The translations under genes and the position numbers were made by a program. Shown in pieces: positions 17,693 to 28,428 of a DNA stretch of 64,000 bases; the first letter of the stretch is position 1; each line of letters begins with the position of its first letter. The notes under the pieces were generated by a model, which searched no databases, had not been told where the DNA came from, and was given only the letters and a program-made list of their open reading frames with translations. Source of the DNA: a virus (Duplodnaviria > Caudoviricetes); IMG/VR virus record IMGVR_UViG_3300008255_000007, positions 20,153-84,152 of that record; one strand, given 5' to 3'.

Positions 17693-20600
17693 ATGGCAAA
17701 CAAGATAACCTTGAAAGCCAAGGGACTGTTCCTAAACTCAAATAGTCTATCAGCTATCCCAGATGGAGGCTTATTAGAAGCTGACGATATTGTAATAGAT
17801 AAAGATGATATTATAGAATCAAGAAGAGGTTTCTTTCTTTTTGGTGATACGATGGGAATCGATGAGTCTCAAGTAGCTCAGCAACTACTAAATTATCAAG
17901 ATAGACTCATAAGACATTATTTAATTGACGAATCTAATGGTATACTAGAAAGAGAGACTGACGACCTAACAGGAGAGTTTGAAGCGTACAATACTCTTAT
18001 TTGGGAATTTGCAGAGTCTGTAACTGCAGATGGAAACATAGCTACTTTTACAGGAAGTAATGATTATAACGTTAAAGTCGGAGATTCCGTAGTAATAGAT
18101 GGAGCTACTGGAACTGATGCCTCTATATATAATGGAACTTTTGTAGTTACTTCAGTCCCTAGTGATGTTACTTTCACATATGAGTTAAGCAGCGTACCTT
18201 CTAGTCCAGTAGCAGAAGGCTTTCAGATACTACAAGAAAAGACTTTAAATGATATCATAGCTCCAGAAGAAGCTATAAAAATAAGAGCAGTTGAAAGTAA
18301 TGGTAATTTATATTTTACATCGAATAAAGGAGTACGTAAATTAGACGTAGTAGCTGGTACTGTAACCTTAGCCGGAGGAGTAAAGGCTTTAGATACTAAT
18401 GTTGAACTCATAAACGAAGCCGGATTCTTTACTACAGATAGTCAAGTAGCCTATAGAGTACTATGGGGCTATAAGGATGCTAACCAGAATCTAGTATTAG
18501 GGGCTCCTAGCCAACGAGTAGTATTAAGTAATGAAGTACTACCTTCTTTAATTTTAGATATAAATACTATGCTAGAGTCTACTCAGAACGCAGCAGAAGT
18601 TGCTACTGGAGGAGATGTATTAGATAATAGCCCTACTGGAGATTATGCATTATACACAGATTTAACTTTAGTAGATAATGCTACCATATTCCAAGCAGAC
18701 GATAGCCTTAGAGATTATTGCACTAAGTTAGAAGCTGATGGAGTTACAGGATTTGACGATATTGCTAATTCATTTGTAGCGCCTACAGCATCGATTACTA
18801 CAACAGAGGAGCTTAATACTTTAGTAGATTTTTATGATTCTGTAATAAACGGTTTATTAATAAGTGACCAGATACCAAGCTACCAGCAAGAGATAGCGTC
18901 TTTCACTTCACATACATCAGGTAAAAAAATAGAAATTGAATTTACCGTTCCTGATAATATTACAGACGGTTATTTTTATCAAATATATAGAACTCAAGTA
19001 GTTACTAATCTTAATGATAGTTTAGTAGCTGGAGAATCAGATATAGCCGGAGATTCAATGCAATTAGTATTTGAAGATAATCCTACTATACAAGAACTAT
19101 TTGATAAAAAAGTAACAGTAGTAGATATAACTCCAGACTCTTTCAGAGGTGCTCCTTTATACACTAATGCTAATCAAGAAGGTATAGTAAATGCTAACGA
19201 GGTTATGCCTTATGCTAATGATATAGAAGTATATCAAAACATGTTTTTTTTAGCTAATACTAAAACTAGACATAAGTTTAATTTCTCTTTCTTAGCTACA
19301 GTTAGTCTAAGCTCAAATAGCAATGGAGATGCCTCTACTTTAACTTTTACTGCAGATTCTGAGTCATTTACTATAGGCTTTAGAACAGAAGCAGATGGGG
19401 GAGAAGATACCGCTAATGGTATAGCACTCCTTAAAACTGATGGAACTCCAGGACAGAACGTAGATATTACAGCTAGGAGCTTAGTAAAAGTTATAAATAG
19501 GTATTTAATAAATGATATAGTATATGCTTATTATTTATCAGGCGTAACTGATGTTCCTGGTAAGATTTTAATAGAGACTAAAGATTTAGGAATTTCTCAA
19601 TTTACTGTTCAAGCTAATAATGCAGCTATTGGAAGTCAATTCTCGCCTAATTTAACAGCGGCTAAAACTTCAGATAATGAGAAAAAACAAAATAGAGTCT
19701 ACTACGGTAAATTTCAAGAGCCAGAAGCTTTTACTCTATTACAATATTTCGAAGTTGGTAAAGAATCAGAACTTATAGAACGTATACTAGCTTCTAGAGA
19801 TAGTTTATATGTATTAAAAACAGACGGTATATTTAAAATAACAGGAGATGACCCTTCTAGTTTATCACTAACTCCGTTTGATGATTCTACTAGAATTGAA
19901 GGTCCAGAATCCGCAGTAGTTCTAGATAATAAATTATATTTCTTATCTGACCAGGGAGTAGCCGCCGCCTCAGAGACCGGAGTAAGTGTAGTATCTAGAA
20001 GTATTGAAAACGTACTATTTCCGTTAATGGACCCTAAATACACTAATTTCAGAAAAGCTACTTTTGGTATAGCTTATGAAACGGAAAGAAAATATATACT
20101 GTATACCGTTACTAATGTTGGGGATGAATGGGCTACTCAAGCTTATGTATTTAATACATTTACTAGGGCTTGGACTAGATGGACACATTCTAAAACTTGT
20201 GGCATAGTAAATCAAAGGGATAATAAGTTATATTTAGGTCCAGCAGATACTAATCAATTAGAAGTAGAAAGAAAAGATTTAACTTTTACAGACTATTCAG
20301 ATAGAGAATATGATATAAACATATTTGAAGTAACTAGTGAAAAGAATGGATTAATAACAGCAGTAGCTACAGGAGAAAATCCAGCAATCCAAGTAGATGC
20401 TCCAGACCACGGATTAGTTGATGGAGATGTTATAATTATATCAAATACGAACACAGTACCTGATATAAACGGTATACCTTTAAGGATTACTAAGCTAGAT
20501 AACCAAACTATTATAATACCAGTAACTGTAACAGGAGAAGGTTCTCAAGGAGAATGGAGAAGTGGAGATACCACTATCCTATCAGTAGATACAGTTGAAA

Positions 20601-21142
20601 ATATAGAAGTGGGCGATGTCATACTACAAACTAAAGTAGATCCTACTTATGGATATACTTATGTAGTAGAATCTCCAGTAGTGGCTATTGATGTTCAAAA
20701 CTTACTAGTTACTATTAATGCCCCTATATTATATCAAGCAGGAGAGGCTAAAGTATATAAATCTATCTTAAATAGAGTTAGATATGCTCCTCAACATGCT
20801 GGAGACCCTTTTATTCTTAAACACTTTAGAGAAGCTAAGATGAGATTTGATTCATTCATAGGATCTAGCATATCCCTTAGCTTTAACTCTGATTTACAGA
20901 AATCTTTTGAAGAGGTAGAGTTCTTTCCTGATACATTAACTCGTTGGGGTAAGTTTAACTGGGGAGAGCAGCCCTGGGGAGGAGAAGCATTCCCAGCAGC
21001 TTTTAGAACTTACGTACCATTAGGAAAACAGAGATGTAGCTTCCTTGGAGTAGTATTTGAACATAATGTAGCTAGGGAGTCTTGGGAGTTAGAAGGTATA
21101 GACTTAGTATTTGAAGTAACTAGTGAAAGGATACAAGATTAA
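17693..21142 (+). CDS. tail nozzle / tubular protein B-like stabilisation protein
   Basis: 1149 aa beta-propeller-like, NRVYYGKFQEPEAF, LYVLKTDGIFKI, WTRW, C-terminal WGKFNWGEQPWGG. Confidence 0.7.
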   Translation: MANKITLKAKGLFLNSNSLSAIPDGGLLEADDIVIDKDDIIESRRGFFLFGDTMGIDESQVAQQLLNYQDRLIRHYLIDESNGILERETDDLTGEFEAYNTLIWEFAESVTADGNIATFTGSNDYNVKVGDSVVIDGATGTDASIYNGTFVVTSVPSDVTFTYELSSVPSSPVAEGFQILQEKTLNDIIAPEEAIKIRAVESNGNLYFTSNKGVRKLDVVAGTVTLAGGVKALDTNVELINEAGFFTTDSQVAYRVLWGYKDANQNLVLGAPSQRVVLSNEVLPSLILDINTMLESTQNAAEVATGGDVLDNSPTGDYALYTDLTLVDNATIFQADDSLRDYCTKLEADGVTGFDDIANSFVAPTASITTTEELNTLVDFYDSVINGLLISDQIPSYQQEIASFTSHTSGKKIEIEFTVPDNITDGYFYQIYRTQVVTNLNDSLVAGESDIAGDSMQLVFEDNPTIQELFDKKVTVVDITPDSFRGAPLYTNANQEGIVNANEVMPYANDIEVYQNMFFLANTKTRHKFNFSFLATVSLSSNSNGDASTLTFTADSESFTIGFRTEADGGEDTANGIALLKTDGTPGQNVDITARSLVKVINRYLINDIVYAYYLSGVTDVPGKILIETKDLGISQFTVQANNAAIGSQFSPNLTAAKTSDNEKKQNRVYYGKFQEPEAFTLLQYFEVGKESELIERILASRDSLYVLKTDGIFKITGDDPSSLSLTPFDDSTRIEGPESAVVLDNKLYFLSDQGVAAASETGVSVVSRSIENVLFPLMDPKYTNFRKATFGIAYETERKYILYTVTNVGDEWATQAYVFNTFTRAWTRWTHSKTCGIVNQRDNKLYLGPADTNQLEVERKDLTFTDYSDREYDINIFEVTSEKNGLITAVATGENPAIQVDAPDHGLVDGDVIIISNTNTVPDINGIPLRITKLDNQTIIIPVTVTGEGSQGEWRSGDTTILSVDTVENIEVGDVILQTKVDPTYGYTYVVESPVVAIDVQNLLVTINAPILYQAGEAKVYKSILNRVRYAPQHAGDPFILKHFREAKMRFDSFIGSSISLSFNSDLQKSFEEVEFFPDTLTRWGKFNWGEQPWGGEAFPAAFRTYVPLGKQRCSFLGVVFEHNVARESWELEGIDLVFEVTSERIQD

Positions 21143-21144
21143 TT

Positions 21145-21549
21145 ATGAGTAAGCTTCCTCCTATCAGACGCTTGAGAACAGATGAATTTCCTAGTGAATA
21201 TCAAGACCTTACTGATAAATTAGTATATGGAATAAATCAGTTCTTTGAACCTGTATATAATGCTTTAAATAAAAGACTTAATTTTATTGATAACTTTCAA
21301 GCACTTGATGTTGAAGTTAGTTTTACAGCGCCTATAAGTCCTAATAGAACAGTAAGTTTTAAGAATGATATAGGATTACCCATAAGAGCAGTTACTATAC
21401 GAAGAGTCGATAACAATAGTAATTCTGACAGGTTACAAGCAGCACCTTTTGTAGAGTTTGAAAACGGAGATAGTCAAGTAATTTTAGTAAGTTCAGTTGG
21501 ATTTACGGATGGTATAACTTACACAATAAGGTTACTTTGTGAACCATAA
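21145..21549 (+). CDS. tail protein (small, follows nozzle)
   Basis: Coupled to the nozzle gene; LNKRLNFIDNF followed by a beta domain. Confidence 0.5.
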   Translation: MSKLPPIRRLRTDEFPSEYQDLTDKLVYGINQFFEPVYNALNKRLNFIDNFQALDVEVSFTAPISPNRTVSFKNDIGLPIRAVTIRRVDNNSNSDRLQAAPFVEFENGDSQVILVSSVGFTDGITYTIRLLCEP

Positions 21550-21583
21550 TCAACAAATATTTATGATATTGGGAGTTTAATTA

Positions 21584-23065
21584 ATGGCCTATGTAGAAGA
21601 CCCTTTAAAGAATACAGAACTTGACGGAGAACAGCAACAAGCTGGTCAAGGTATGCAAGGTTCTGAAGTTCAGAAGACTTCAGGAGAGGGTGGAACTGTA
21701 GGTGCAGGACAACAAGCACAAGCAGCTCCTCAAACAGCAGGAGCGGTGTCTAAAAGGGCTCCTACATCTTCAGGGCAGTTTACTAATCTTCAAAGTTATA
21801 TTAAAGCTAATAAACCTGCTGAATTTGGTAAACAAGTAGCTGGTAAAGTATCTGGACAAGCTCAACAAGCACAACAAGCTCTTCAAAAAGAGCAACAAGG
21901 ATTTCAGTCTCAAGTAGATCAGCAACGCGCTGGATTTAGAGATGAACAGAATATTAAAAGTGCATTTGATACACTTAGAGGCCTTACTGGAACTGGAGAT
22001 ATACGACAAGGTTTTGATGCTGAAAAGCAAGCAGCAGAGCAAAGCTATCAACAGCAATACACAGGACCTATGCAGTTTGAGAATCTTTCAGCTCTTTCTA
22101 GACAAGGTAGAGATTTAGGAACTGTCGCTCAACAGACTCAAGGAGATGCTGGACAAAGAGCGCTTCTACAAAGATATTATGGATCTCCTCAGTATAGTGC
22201 AGGGCAGCAACGATTAGATCAACTGCTTCTTACAGGAGATCAATCAGGAGAATTAGGTAAGGCTAGACAACAAGCAGCTACTTTTGATCCTAGACTACAA
22301 AAGCAATCCGCACAAGCGCAAGCGCAAGCGCAACAAACTAAACAGTTTGCAGATACTGGAAGAGAATTATCTAGGCAACTAGCAGAAGAAGGTAGGACAG
22401 GTGAGCTTACTGAACTAGACGAGCTAGTAGGACAGAGAGCTAAATCTTACCAAGATCAAGTAAACAAGTATAAACAGGATTTAGCATATAATAAAGCAGC
22501 TAAGCAATATAACTTAGGAAGTTTAAATCAATTACTTGGCGGCGGTATTACTAATCAAATGATAGCTAAGAACTTCGGTAAAGCTAAAGATCTAGCTACT
22601 ATATCAAGAGAAAATGCTGATCCTGCGCAAGCAGCTTTAGCTAACTATTTCAGTAGACTTACAGGAGCAGATGATGTAGTACAGAATATTGCAGAGGCTA
22701 CTCCTAGGGCTGAGGATGTTACATACTACGTAGATCCTCAAGTCAGCGATATAGAAAGACAGGCTGGGTTCTTATCAGGACAGATGAGTGATGCGGCTAA
22801 GAACTACTACGCAATAAAAGCTCAGCATGATGCTGAAAGAGATGCCTCTATTACGGCACAACTAGGTCCAGATTGGAAATCAGGAAAAACTAAATGGGGT
22901 ACTCCTGTAAGTCAACAACAAGCTTTAAGTAAGCAACACGTTAATTGGCAAACAGGTGAAAAAGTAGGAGCCTCTGAGAAGCAACTCTATAGTTTAGAAG
23001 ATCAATTAAGAAATTTAAGAGAGAAAGTAGGAGCCGGATATATGGGCGGTTCCGGTTTTTATTAA
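21584..23065 (+). CDS. internal virion / ejection protein
   Basis: Gln/Ala/Gly-rich helical ORF after the tail genes. Confidence 0.6.
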   Translation: MAYVEDPLKNTELDGEQQQAGQGMQGSEVQKTSGEGGTVGAGQQAQAAPQTAGAVSKRAPTSSGQFTNLQSYIKANKPAEFGKQVAGKVSGQAQQAQQALQKEQQGFQSQVDQQRAGFRDEQNIKSAFDTLRGLTGTGDIRQGFDAEKQAAEQSYQQQYTGPMQFENLSALSRQGRDLGTVAQQTQGDAGQRALLQRYYGSPQYSAGQQRLDQLLLTGDQSGELGKARQQAATFDPRLQKQSAQAQAQAQQTKQFADTGRELSRQLAEEGRTGELTELDELVGQRAKSYQDQVNKYKQDLAYNKAAKQYNLGSLNQLLGGGITNQMIAKNFGKAKDLATISRENADPAQAALANYFSRLTGADDVVQNIAEATPRAEDVTYYVDPQVSDIERQAGFLSGQMSDAAKNYYAIKAQHDAERDASITAQLGPDWKSGKTKWGTPVSQQQALSKQHVNWQTGEKVGASEKQLYSLEDQLRNLREKVGAGYMGGSGFY

Positions 23066-23078
23066 AGGAGAATTATAA

Positions 23079-24086
23079 ATGGCAGCAGGTGATATTTTAG
23101 GTGGCGCAATGTCTGGAGCAGGCACAGGAGCGTCTATAGGTGGACCTTGGGGTGCAGCTATAGGCGGTGTTGCTGGAGGCCTTCTTGGAGCTTTTGGAGG
23201 TAAGAAAAAAGATCCTAAACAAGAGGCTTTAGAACGTATGATGGGTGTATATCAAAACTATCAAACACCTTCAGTAGAAGATCGTCTTTTTGAGATTTAT
23301 GATTTAGAACAGCAAGGAGTATTAACTCCGGAGCTAGAGCAGGCCATATTACAACAAGAAACCGAATTAGGAAATATTGAAGTTGATCCTAGACTTAAAA
23401 ATGCTCAAATGGATGCTCTATTATCTATGCAAGAACGAGCAGGCGGAGGTCTATCTGCGCAAGAGCTAGCTAATTTGGAACAAATTAGAGCTTCACAAGA
23501 AGGACAATCTTCTGCAGATAGAGCAGCTATTATGCAGTCTAGAGCTAGACGTGGGATGGGCGGTAGCGGAGACGAATTAGCGGCTCAATTACAAGCGTCA
23601 CAGGCACAAGCAGCTCAGGCTGGAAGCCGTGGTATGGACGTAGCCTCTATGATGGAGAATGCTCGTAGACAGGCTACAGAGCAGTATGGTAGTATGGCTG
23701 GTAACATGAGAGGCCAGGAGTACGGAGAGCAGTCGGATAAGTCAAGAGCCCAAGATCTCATTAATCAATTTAATGTTAATCAACGTGGCGGAGTACAGCA
23801 GCGTAACGTAGGTTCTAGAAATGTAGCACAAGAAAAGAATCTAGGTGAAAAACAACGAATAGCGGACGCTAATCAACAGATAGCTACTCAAAGATCTATG
23901 GTAGCTCAACAAGCTAGACTCGGCTATGCTGATGATGAACTTAAGAGGAGACTAGGAGGAGCTGGTAGCGATTTAGCAAAGGGTGACTTTGGAGCAGGAA
24001 CTAAAACTGGACCTGATGTAGCTACTATAGGATCTGGAGTAAAAGATATATACGGAGCCTTAGATAGCTACAAAAAAGGGGCATAA
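23079..24086 (+). CDS. DNA ejection (pilot) protein
   Basis: N-terminal GA.IGGPWGAAIGGVAGGLLG hydrophobic Gly stretch, then a Gln-rich coil. Confidence 0.7.
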   Translation: MAAGDILGGAMSGAGTGASIGGPWGAAIGGVAGGLLGAFGGKKKDPKQEALERMMGVYQNYQTPSVEDRLFEIYDLEQQGVLTPELEQAILQQETELGNIEVDPRLKNAQMDALLSMQERAGGGLSAQELANLEQIRASQEGQSSADRAAIMQSRARRGMGGSGDELAAQLQASQAQAAQAGSRGMDVASMMENARRQATEQYGSMAGNMRGQEYGEQSDKSRAQDLINQFNVNQRGGVQQRNVGSRNVAQEKNLGEKQRIADANQQIATQRSMVAQQARLGYADDELKRRLGGAGSDLAKGDFGAGTKTGPDVATIGSGVKDIYGALDSYKKGA

Positions 24087-24094
24087 AGGATAGC

Positions 24095-25537
24095 ATGGCT
24101 GATTTAACAAGTTTAATAAATTTACTACAAGAATCTAATAAAAGAGGACAGGGACAGTCTGTAGATTCTGCTAGAGCAGAGCAGTTATTAGCTAGAGACG
24201 TGGCTGAATCAGAAGGAATGGGAGAAGCTCCTCAACAATCAGTAGAGACTGCTAGAATAGAACAGCTATTAGCTAGAAGCCTGCCTAATCCTCAATCAGA
24301 GCAAATGCCTGCGCCTATGCCAACTAGACAGCCTATGCCGCAGCCCATTAGACAGCCGGTTGCTATGGAAGAAGAAAGACCTTTTGGACAGCCTTTAGAA
24401 GGAGTAAGTCAAGCAGAAAGAATGATGACAGATACTACTGAAGTTCCTGTAATGAGCGAAGGAATGTCCAATGCTGTAAGAGATCCAGCTTCTTTACTAG
24501 AGCAGTATAAGCAGCTACAAGAAAGAAGAGCTAATGAGCTAGCAGAAGCTCAAAGAAAATCTAATATTGATAGACATGCTTATGGTGCTATGCAAGCAGG
24601 TAGTATTCTTTCTGGAAGAGGGATGAATCCTCTAATTCAACAAAGATCGAAAGACGCAAATCTTCCTGTAGAGCAGCTTAAAGAACGAACTGCTGAAGAG
24701 CGTTCAGCTAAGAATGATTTTATGGTAGATCAAAGCTTTCAGGATAAGATGCAGAAAGATATTGAACTAAAAGATCCTAATAGCTTAATGTCTAAAGTAT
24801 ATAAAGATTTATTAACAGCTTCAGGATTTAAAAACGTTCCTGGAAATTTAACAGCAGCTCAGATAGAGCCGCTACTTCCGATGCAATTAAAACTTAAAGC
24901 TTTAGAAGTAGCTAAGGCTAAAGCACAAGAGCCTAAACTTTCAAAACTCGATGAATTTAGAGAAAAAGAGAAAATAAAAGAAGATGTTAAAATAAAAAGT
25001 GAGAATAGAAAAGAAGCTTCTTCAATAAAAGATGATATAAAAACTACAGAAAGTCTTCTAGAAGATATTAAAGAAGCTAAAAAAGCTCAAAAAGCCCATA
25101 AAGGCTTAATAGGCTTAGGAACAGGACCACTCCAAACTTTAGGAGGATTGACTAAGTCACTATCTCCAGAAGAGCAAAAACTTGATGCTCTTTATAAGAA
25201 AATGAACTTAGATACTATGGTAAAAATGTTCGCAGGGATGTCTAAAGCTGTAGATTCAGATGCTGAAAGACGAGCCTTTGAAGCAGCACAGCCAAATTTA
25301 GCTAATTATCGTGACGTTAATATGGGTATTCTAGATAAAAGAGAAAAGATTGCTAAAGATCTATTAAAGAAACAAAAAGAAGCTCTTAAAAACTATGATA
25401 GGCATGGTAATTTTACAGAACAGCAAACTCAATCACAGCCACAAGGACCAACTCCTGGTTCTATCGTCAGAATGAAAGATGGTAAACGGTATAGAGTAGC
25501 GGAGGACGGAGATACCTTAACTCCTGTAGAAGAATAA
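24095..25537 (+). CDS. internal virion / ejection protein
   Basis: Coiled coil; short C-terminal DGKRYRV module typical of ejection proteins. Confidence 0.6.
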   Translation: MADLTSLINLLQESNKRGQGQSVDSARAEQLLARDVAESEGMGEAPQQSVETARIEQLLARSLPNPQSEQMPAPMPTRQPMPQPIRQPVAMEEERPFGQPLEGVSQAERMMTDTTEVPVMSEGMSNAVRDPASLLEQYKQLQERRANELAEAQRKSNIDRHAYGAMQAGSILSGRGMNPLIQQRSKDANLPVEQLKERTAEERSAKNDFMVDQSFQDKMQKDIELKDPNSLMSKVYKDLLTASGFKNVPGNLTAAQIEPLLPMQLKLKALEVAKAKAQEPKLSKLDEFREKEKIKEDVKIKSENRKEASSIKDDIKTTESLLEDIKEAKKAQKAHKGLIGLGTGPLQTLGGLTKSLSPEEQKLDALYKKMNLDTMVKMFAGMSKAVDSDAERRAFEAAQPNLANYRDVNMGILDKREKIAKDLLKKQKEALKNYDRHGNFTEQQTQSQPQGPTPGSIVRMKDGKRYRVAEDGDTLTPVEE

Positions 25538-27615
25538 TGAAACTTAGTGAGCTTAATCCAGAAGAGTATCAAGTAGAAGAGTCTACTGAAGAGCAAAAGC
25601 CTTTACGTCTAAGTGAAGTATCTGTTGACGATTATCAAGTAGAGGATATGGAACAGCCTGTTGAAGAGGCCCTAGTAGAAGCTTCTGAACAAGTTCCTGA
25701 ATTCACTAAACTAGAATCTGCAGGACTGGGAGCAGCTCAAGGACTATCATTAGGTTTTGCAGATGAGGCTGAAGGTTTTACTAGAGCTTTAGCTAATCTA
25801 GACCTAGATGGTTATAAAAAATATAGAGACATAGCAAGAGAGAGATATACAAAAGCTGGAGAAGTTAATCCTTATAGCTTTGCTGCTGGAGAATTAGGAG
25901 GAGGTCTACTACTACCTATACCAGGAGCAGGAGCCGCTAAAGCTACTTCTTTATTAGGAAAACTAGGAACTACTGCTGCTAAAGGGGCTGCTATTGGAGC
26001 TGGATATGGAGCTGGTTATTCTGAAAAAGAAGGACTAGAGTCTCTTGAGGATGCTGCAATAGGAGGAGCTTTAGGGGGAGTATTAGGCGGAGGTTTAGGA
26101 GCTAGCTCGGCTGCTAAAGCGGCACAAGCTACAGGAATTCCTAAAACATTAGCTAAAGGAACTACAATGGCTACAGGAATAGGAACTGCAGGATTGTTAG
26201 GATCACAATTAGCAGATTCAGATGCATCTCGATTAGATAAAGCTAGAGCTATGATTCCAGCAGTAGCTGCCGTACCAGCTCTAGCAGGTACATCACTTAG
26301 AGGCTTAGGAAAACTATTAGCAGGCTCTAAGCCTGTAGATAAAGGAGCAGCTTTAGTAGATAGAGGATTTGATATATTCTCACAAAAAGGTTTAGATAAG
26401 GCCTATGCTCAATTAAGAGGAGCTTCTGAGGAAGTAGGAGGAGTCCTTAAAAGCGCTTTAAATGACGTAGGAGAGCGTTTACAGGCCGCCGCAGTAGCTG
26501 CAGAGGAAAAAGGCGTTAGAATTCAACCTGATGACATAGCGGCTGTTGTAGACGACGCTATTACTAGGAACGAAAGCCTACCTCCAGGATTTAAAAAAGA
26601 AGTAAGTCGTAAAATAATGGAGTCTCTATACGATGAACTACCAGAGCAATATACTAAAACTCAAAAAACAGGACCTAAAGGAGAGAAAGTAGAACTATCA
26701 GCTAAAGGTAAGAAATTAGAAGATCTTCCTGAGTTAGAGACTTTAGAAGGTGCAAGAGAAGTTCCAGTATCTTCTAAGATAGCAAGAGATTTAGAAGCTT
26801 CAGGAGTAGATCCAGTTACTGTTGAAAAGCTAAGCTTAGAAACTCCAGGAGTATTAAGAAGAGATATAACTCCTGTAGAATTAAAAGAGCTTAGAACTAA
26901 AGTAAGACAGCTTAGAGATGCTACTACTACAGATTCTGAAAAGTATACAGCATTAGATACTCTATATAGAAAAATAACAGAAGAGATTAAATCAGAGGTT
27001 CCAGGATTCGATGAACCCAGTGCTCTTTATAGACAAGGTATCGAAGCTCAAGACGTAGCAGGAATTGATCCTAGCAACAGATTTGCTAAGAAATTAAGTT
27101 CAGACGAAATAAAGAAAGTAAACCAATACTTAAAGGAGTATGCAATCTCTCCAGAAGCTGCTCCTTATGAGGTTTCTGCATTCCTAGAGAAAACTTTAGG
27201 AAAAGAAAGAGCTAAGCAGTTACTTGGAGATAAAGCTGGAGCAGTAGAAGATGTATCATATATTTCTAATCTATTAAGACAAGAAGAGCAAGCTAAGGGT
27301 GCTTTAGGCATAGCAGGAGATATCTCTCAACTATCTGGATTACGTGGTTATTTAAGGCCAGATATCTTAACTAGGACTGGGGTAAAAATAGGAGTAAAAG
27401 GTCCTCAATTTATAGCTAATATTGTAGATAAATTAGACGCCTTAAAAGCAGCCACTACATGGGCAAACAATAAAGGTTACAGTAAGATAGCTAATACGCT
27501 TAAGAATATGAATCAACAAGATTCCAAACAAAGAGCCATTACTTTATATCTTTTAAATGCAGATCCTCAATACCGTCAACAACTTAAAGAGATGGAAGAG
27601 GAACTTGGAGAGTAA
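25537..27615 (+). CDS. large ejection protein
   Basis: Repeated LSE...YQVE N-terminus, GAAQGLSLGFADE, GELGGGL and Gly/Ala membrane-prone region. Confidence 0.65.
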   Translation: MKLSELNPEEYQVEESTEEQKPLRLSEVSVDDYQVEDMEQPVEEALVEASEQVPEFTKLESAGLGAAQGLSLGFADEAEGFTRALANLDLDGYKKYRDIARERYTKAGEVNPYSFAAGELGGGLLLPIPGAGAAKATSLLGKLGTTAAKGAAIGAGYGAGYSEKEGLESLEDAAIGGALGGVLGGGLGASSAAKAAQATGIPKTLAKGTTMATGIGTAGLLGSQLADSDASRLDKARAMIPAVAAVPALAGTSLRGLGKLLAGSKPVDKGAALVDRGFDIFSQKGLDKAYAQLRGASEEVGGVLKSALNDVGERLQAAAVAAEEKGVRIQPDDIAAVVDDAITRNESLPPGFKKEVSRKIMESLYDELPEQYTKTQKTGPKGEKVELSAKGKKLEDLPELETLEGAREVPVSSKIARDLEASGVDPVTVEKLSLETPGVLRRDITPVELKELRTKVRQLRDATTTDSEKYTALDTLYRKITEEIKSEVPGFDEPSALYRQGIEAQDVAGIDPSNRFAKKLSSDEIKKVNQYLKEYAISPEAAPYEVSAFLEKTLGKERAKQLLGDKAGAVEDVSYISNLLRQEEQAKGALGIAGDISQLSGLRGYLRPDILTRTGVKIGVKGPQFIANIVDKLDALKAATTWANNKGYSKIANTLKNMNQQDSKQRAITLYLLNADPQYRQQLKEMEEELGE

Positions 27616-27616
27616 T

Positions 27617-27946
27617 ATGAGAGATGATTCTTTATACTTGGATCTTTTAAATAAGATAGCTAATCAGGTAGATGAGACACAGCAGTGCGTTACTAAGCTT
27701 GATAAAAAATTAGATCTTAATATTCAAGAAGTTAAACATGAAATAGCTCTAATTAATGTGTTAGATGTAAGACAAAATGAACTATTAGATGACCATATTA
27801 AAAGAACGGCTATCTCTGAAAAAAGATTAGACTACCTAGAAGAGAATAATAGATTTAAACATAGACTTAAGAATTTAGTATTAGCTATAGGCGGAGTATT
27901 AGGAGCCTTATATACTATATTAAAAGTAATTGAAACTATTAGTTAA
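27617..27946 (+). CDS. coiled-coil protein with C-terminal TM (holin/XhlA-like)
   Basis: Coiled coil followed by LVLAIGGVLGALYTILKVI; start moved to ATG 27617. Confidence 0.5.
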   Translation: MRDDSLYLDLLNKIANQVDETQQCVTKLDKKLDLNIQEVKHEIALINVLDVRQNELLDDHIKRTAISEKRLDYLEENNRFKHRLKNLVLAIGGVLGALYTILKVIETIS

Positions 27947-28428
27947 TCCTCTGACTCCGGATCAAATTTACCATTCTTTAAATCTATAAGAGTCAACAAG
28001 GCATCTTCAACGCCCTCTTTATCCTCTAAATATACTTTTGATTGCTCTATTAAATGATTAAAATACTGAATACCTTTAGAATCTTTACTGTACGAGACTA
28101 TCATCCCAGTAGCTTTAGCCTTGCTTAGCATGCATCTATTTCTACGATTATTATCATCATAGAACTCTTTACGGTTATCCTTATCATATAGCTTCTCGCC
28201 TCTATGTTTAAAATTAGTAATTACTGTTTCAGATTGAAAAGAATTTAAAAACTCTTTCTCTTCATCATTTAATTTATGTAAATAATCAACTTCTAAGTAT
28301 TCTTTTCTATTAGCTACCTGTCTATTAACATTAAGAGCTGGGTATTTAGCCTTAGAGTACTTCACATACTTCTCCGATTTTAATACATCTTTTTTAGGTT
28401 TTTCTTTTTTCTTAGTTTTTTTACTCAT
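27943..28428 (-). CDS. hypothetical protein
   Basis: Basic N-terminus, phage-typical codons, coupled to the upstream gene. Confidence 0.6.
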   Translation of the reverse strand: MSKKTKKKEKPKKDVLKSEKYVKYSKAKYPALNVNRQVANRKEYLEVDYLHKLNDEEKEFLNSFQSETVITNFKHRGEKLYDKDNRKEFYDDNNRRNRCMLSKAKATGMIVSYSKDSKGIQYFNHLIEQSKVYLEDKEGVEDALLTLIDLKNGKFDPESED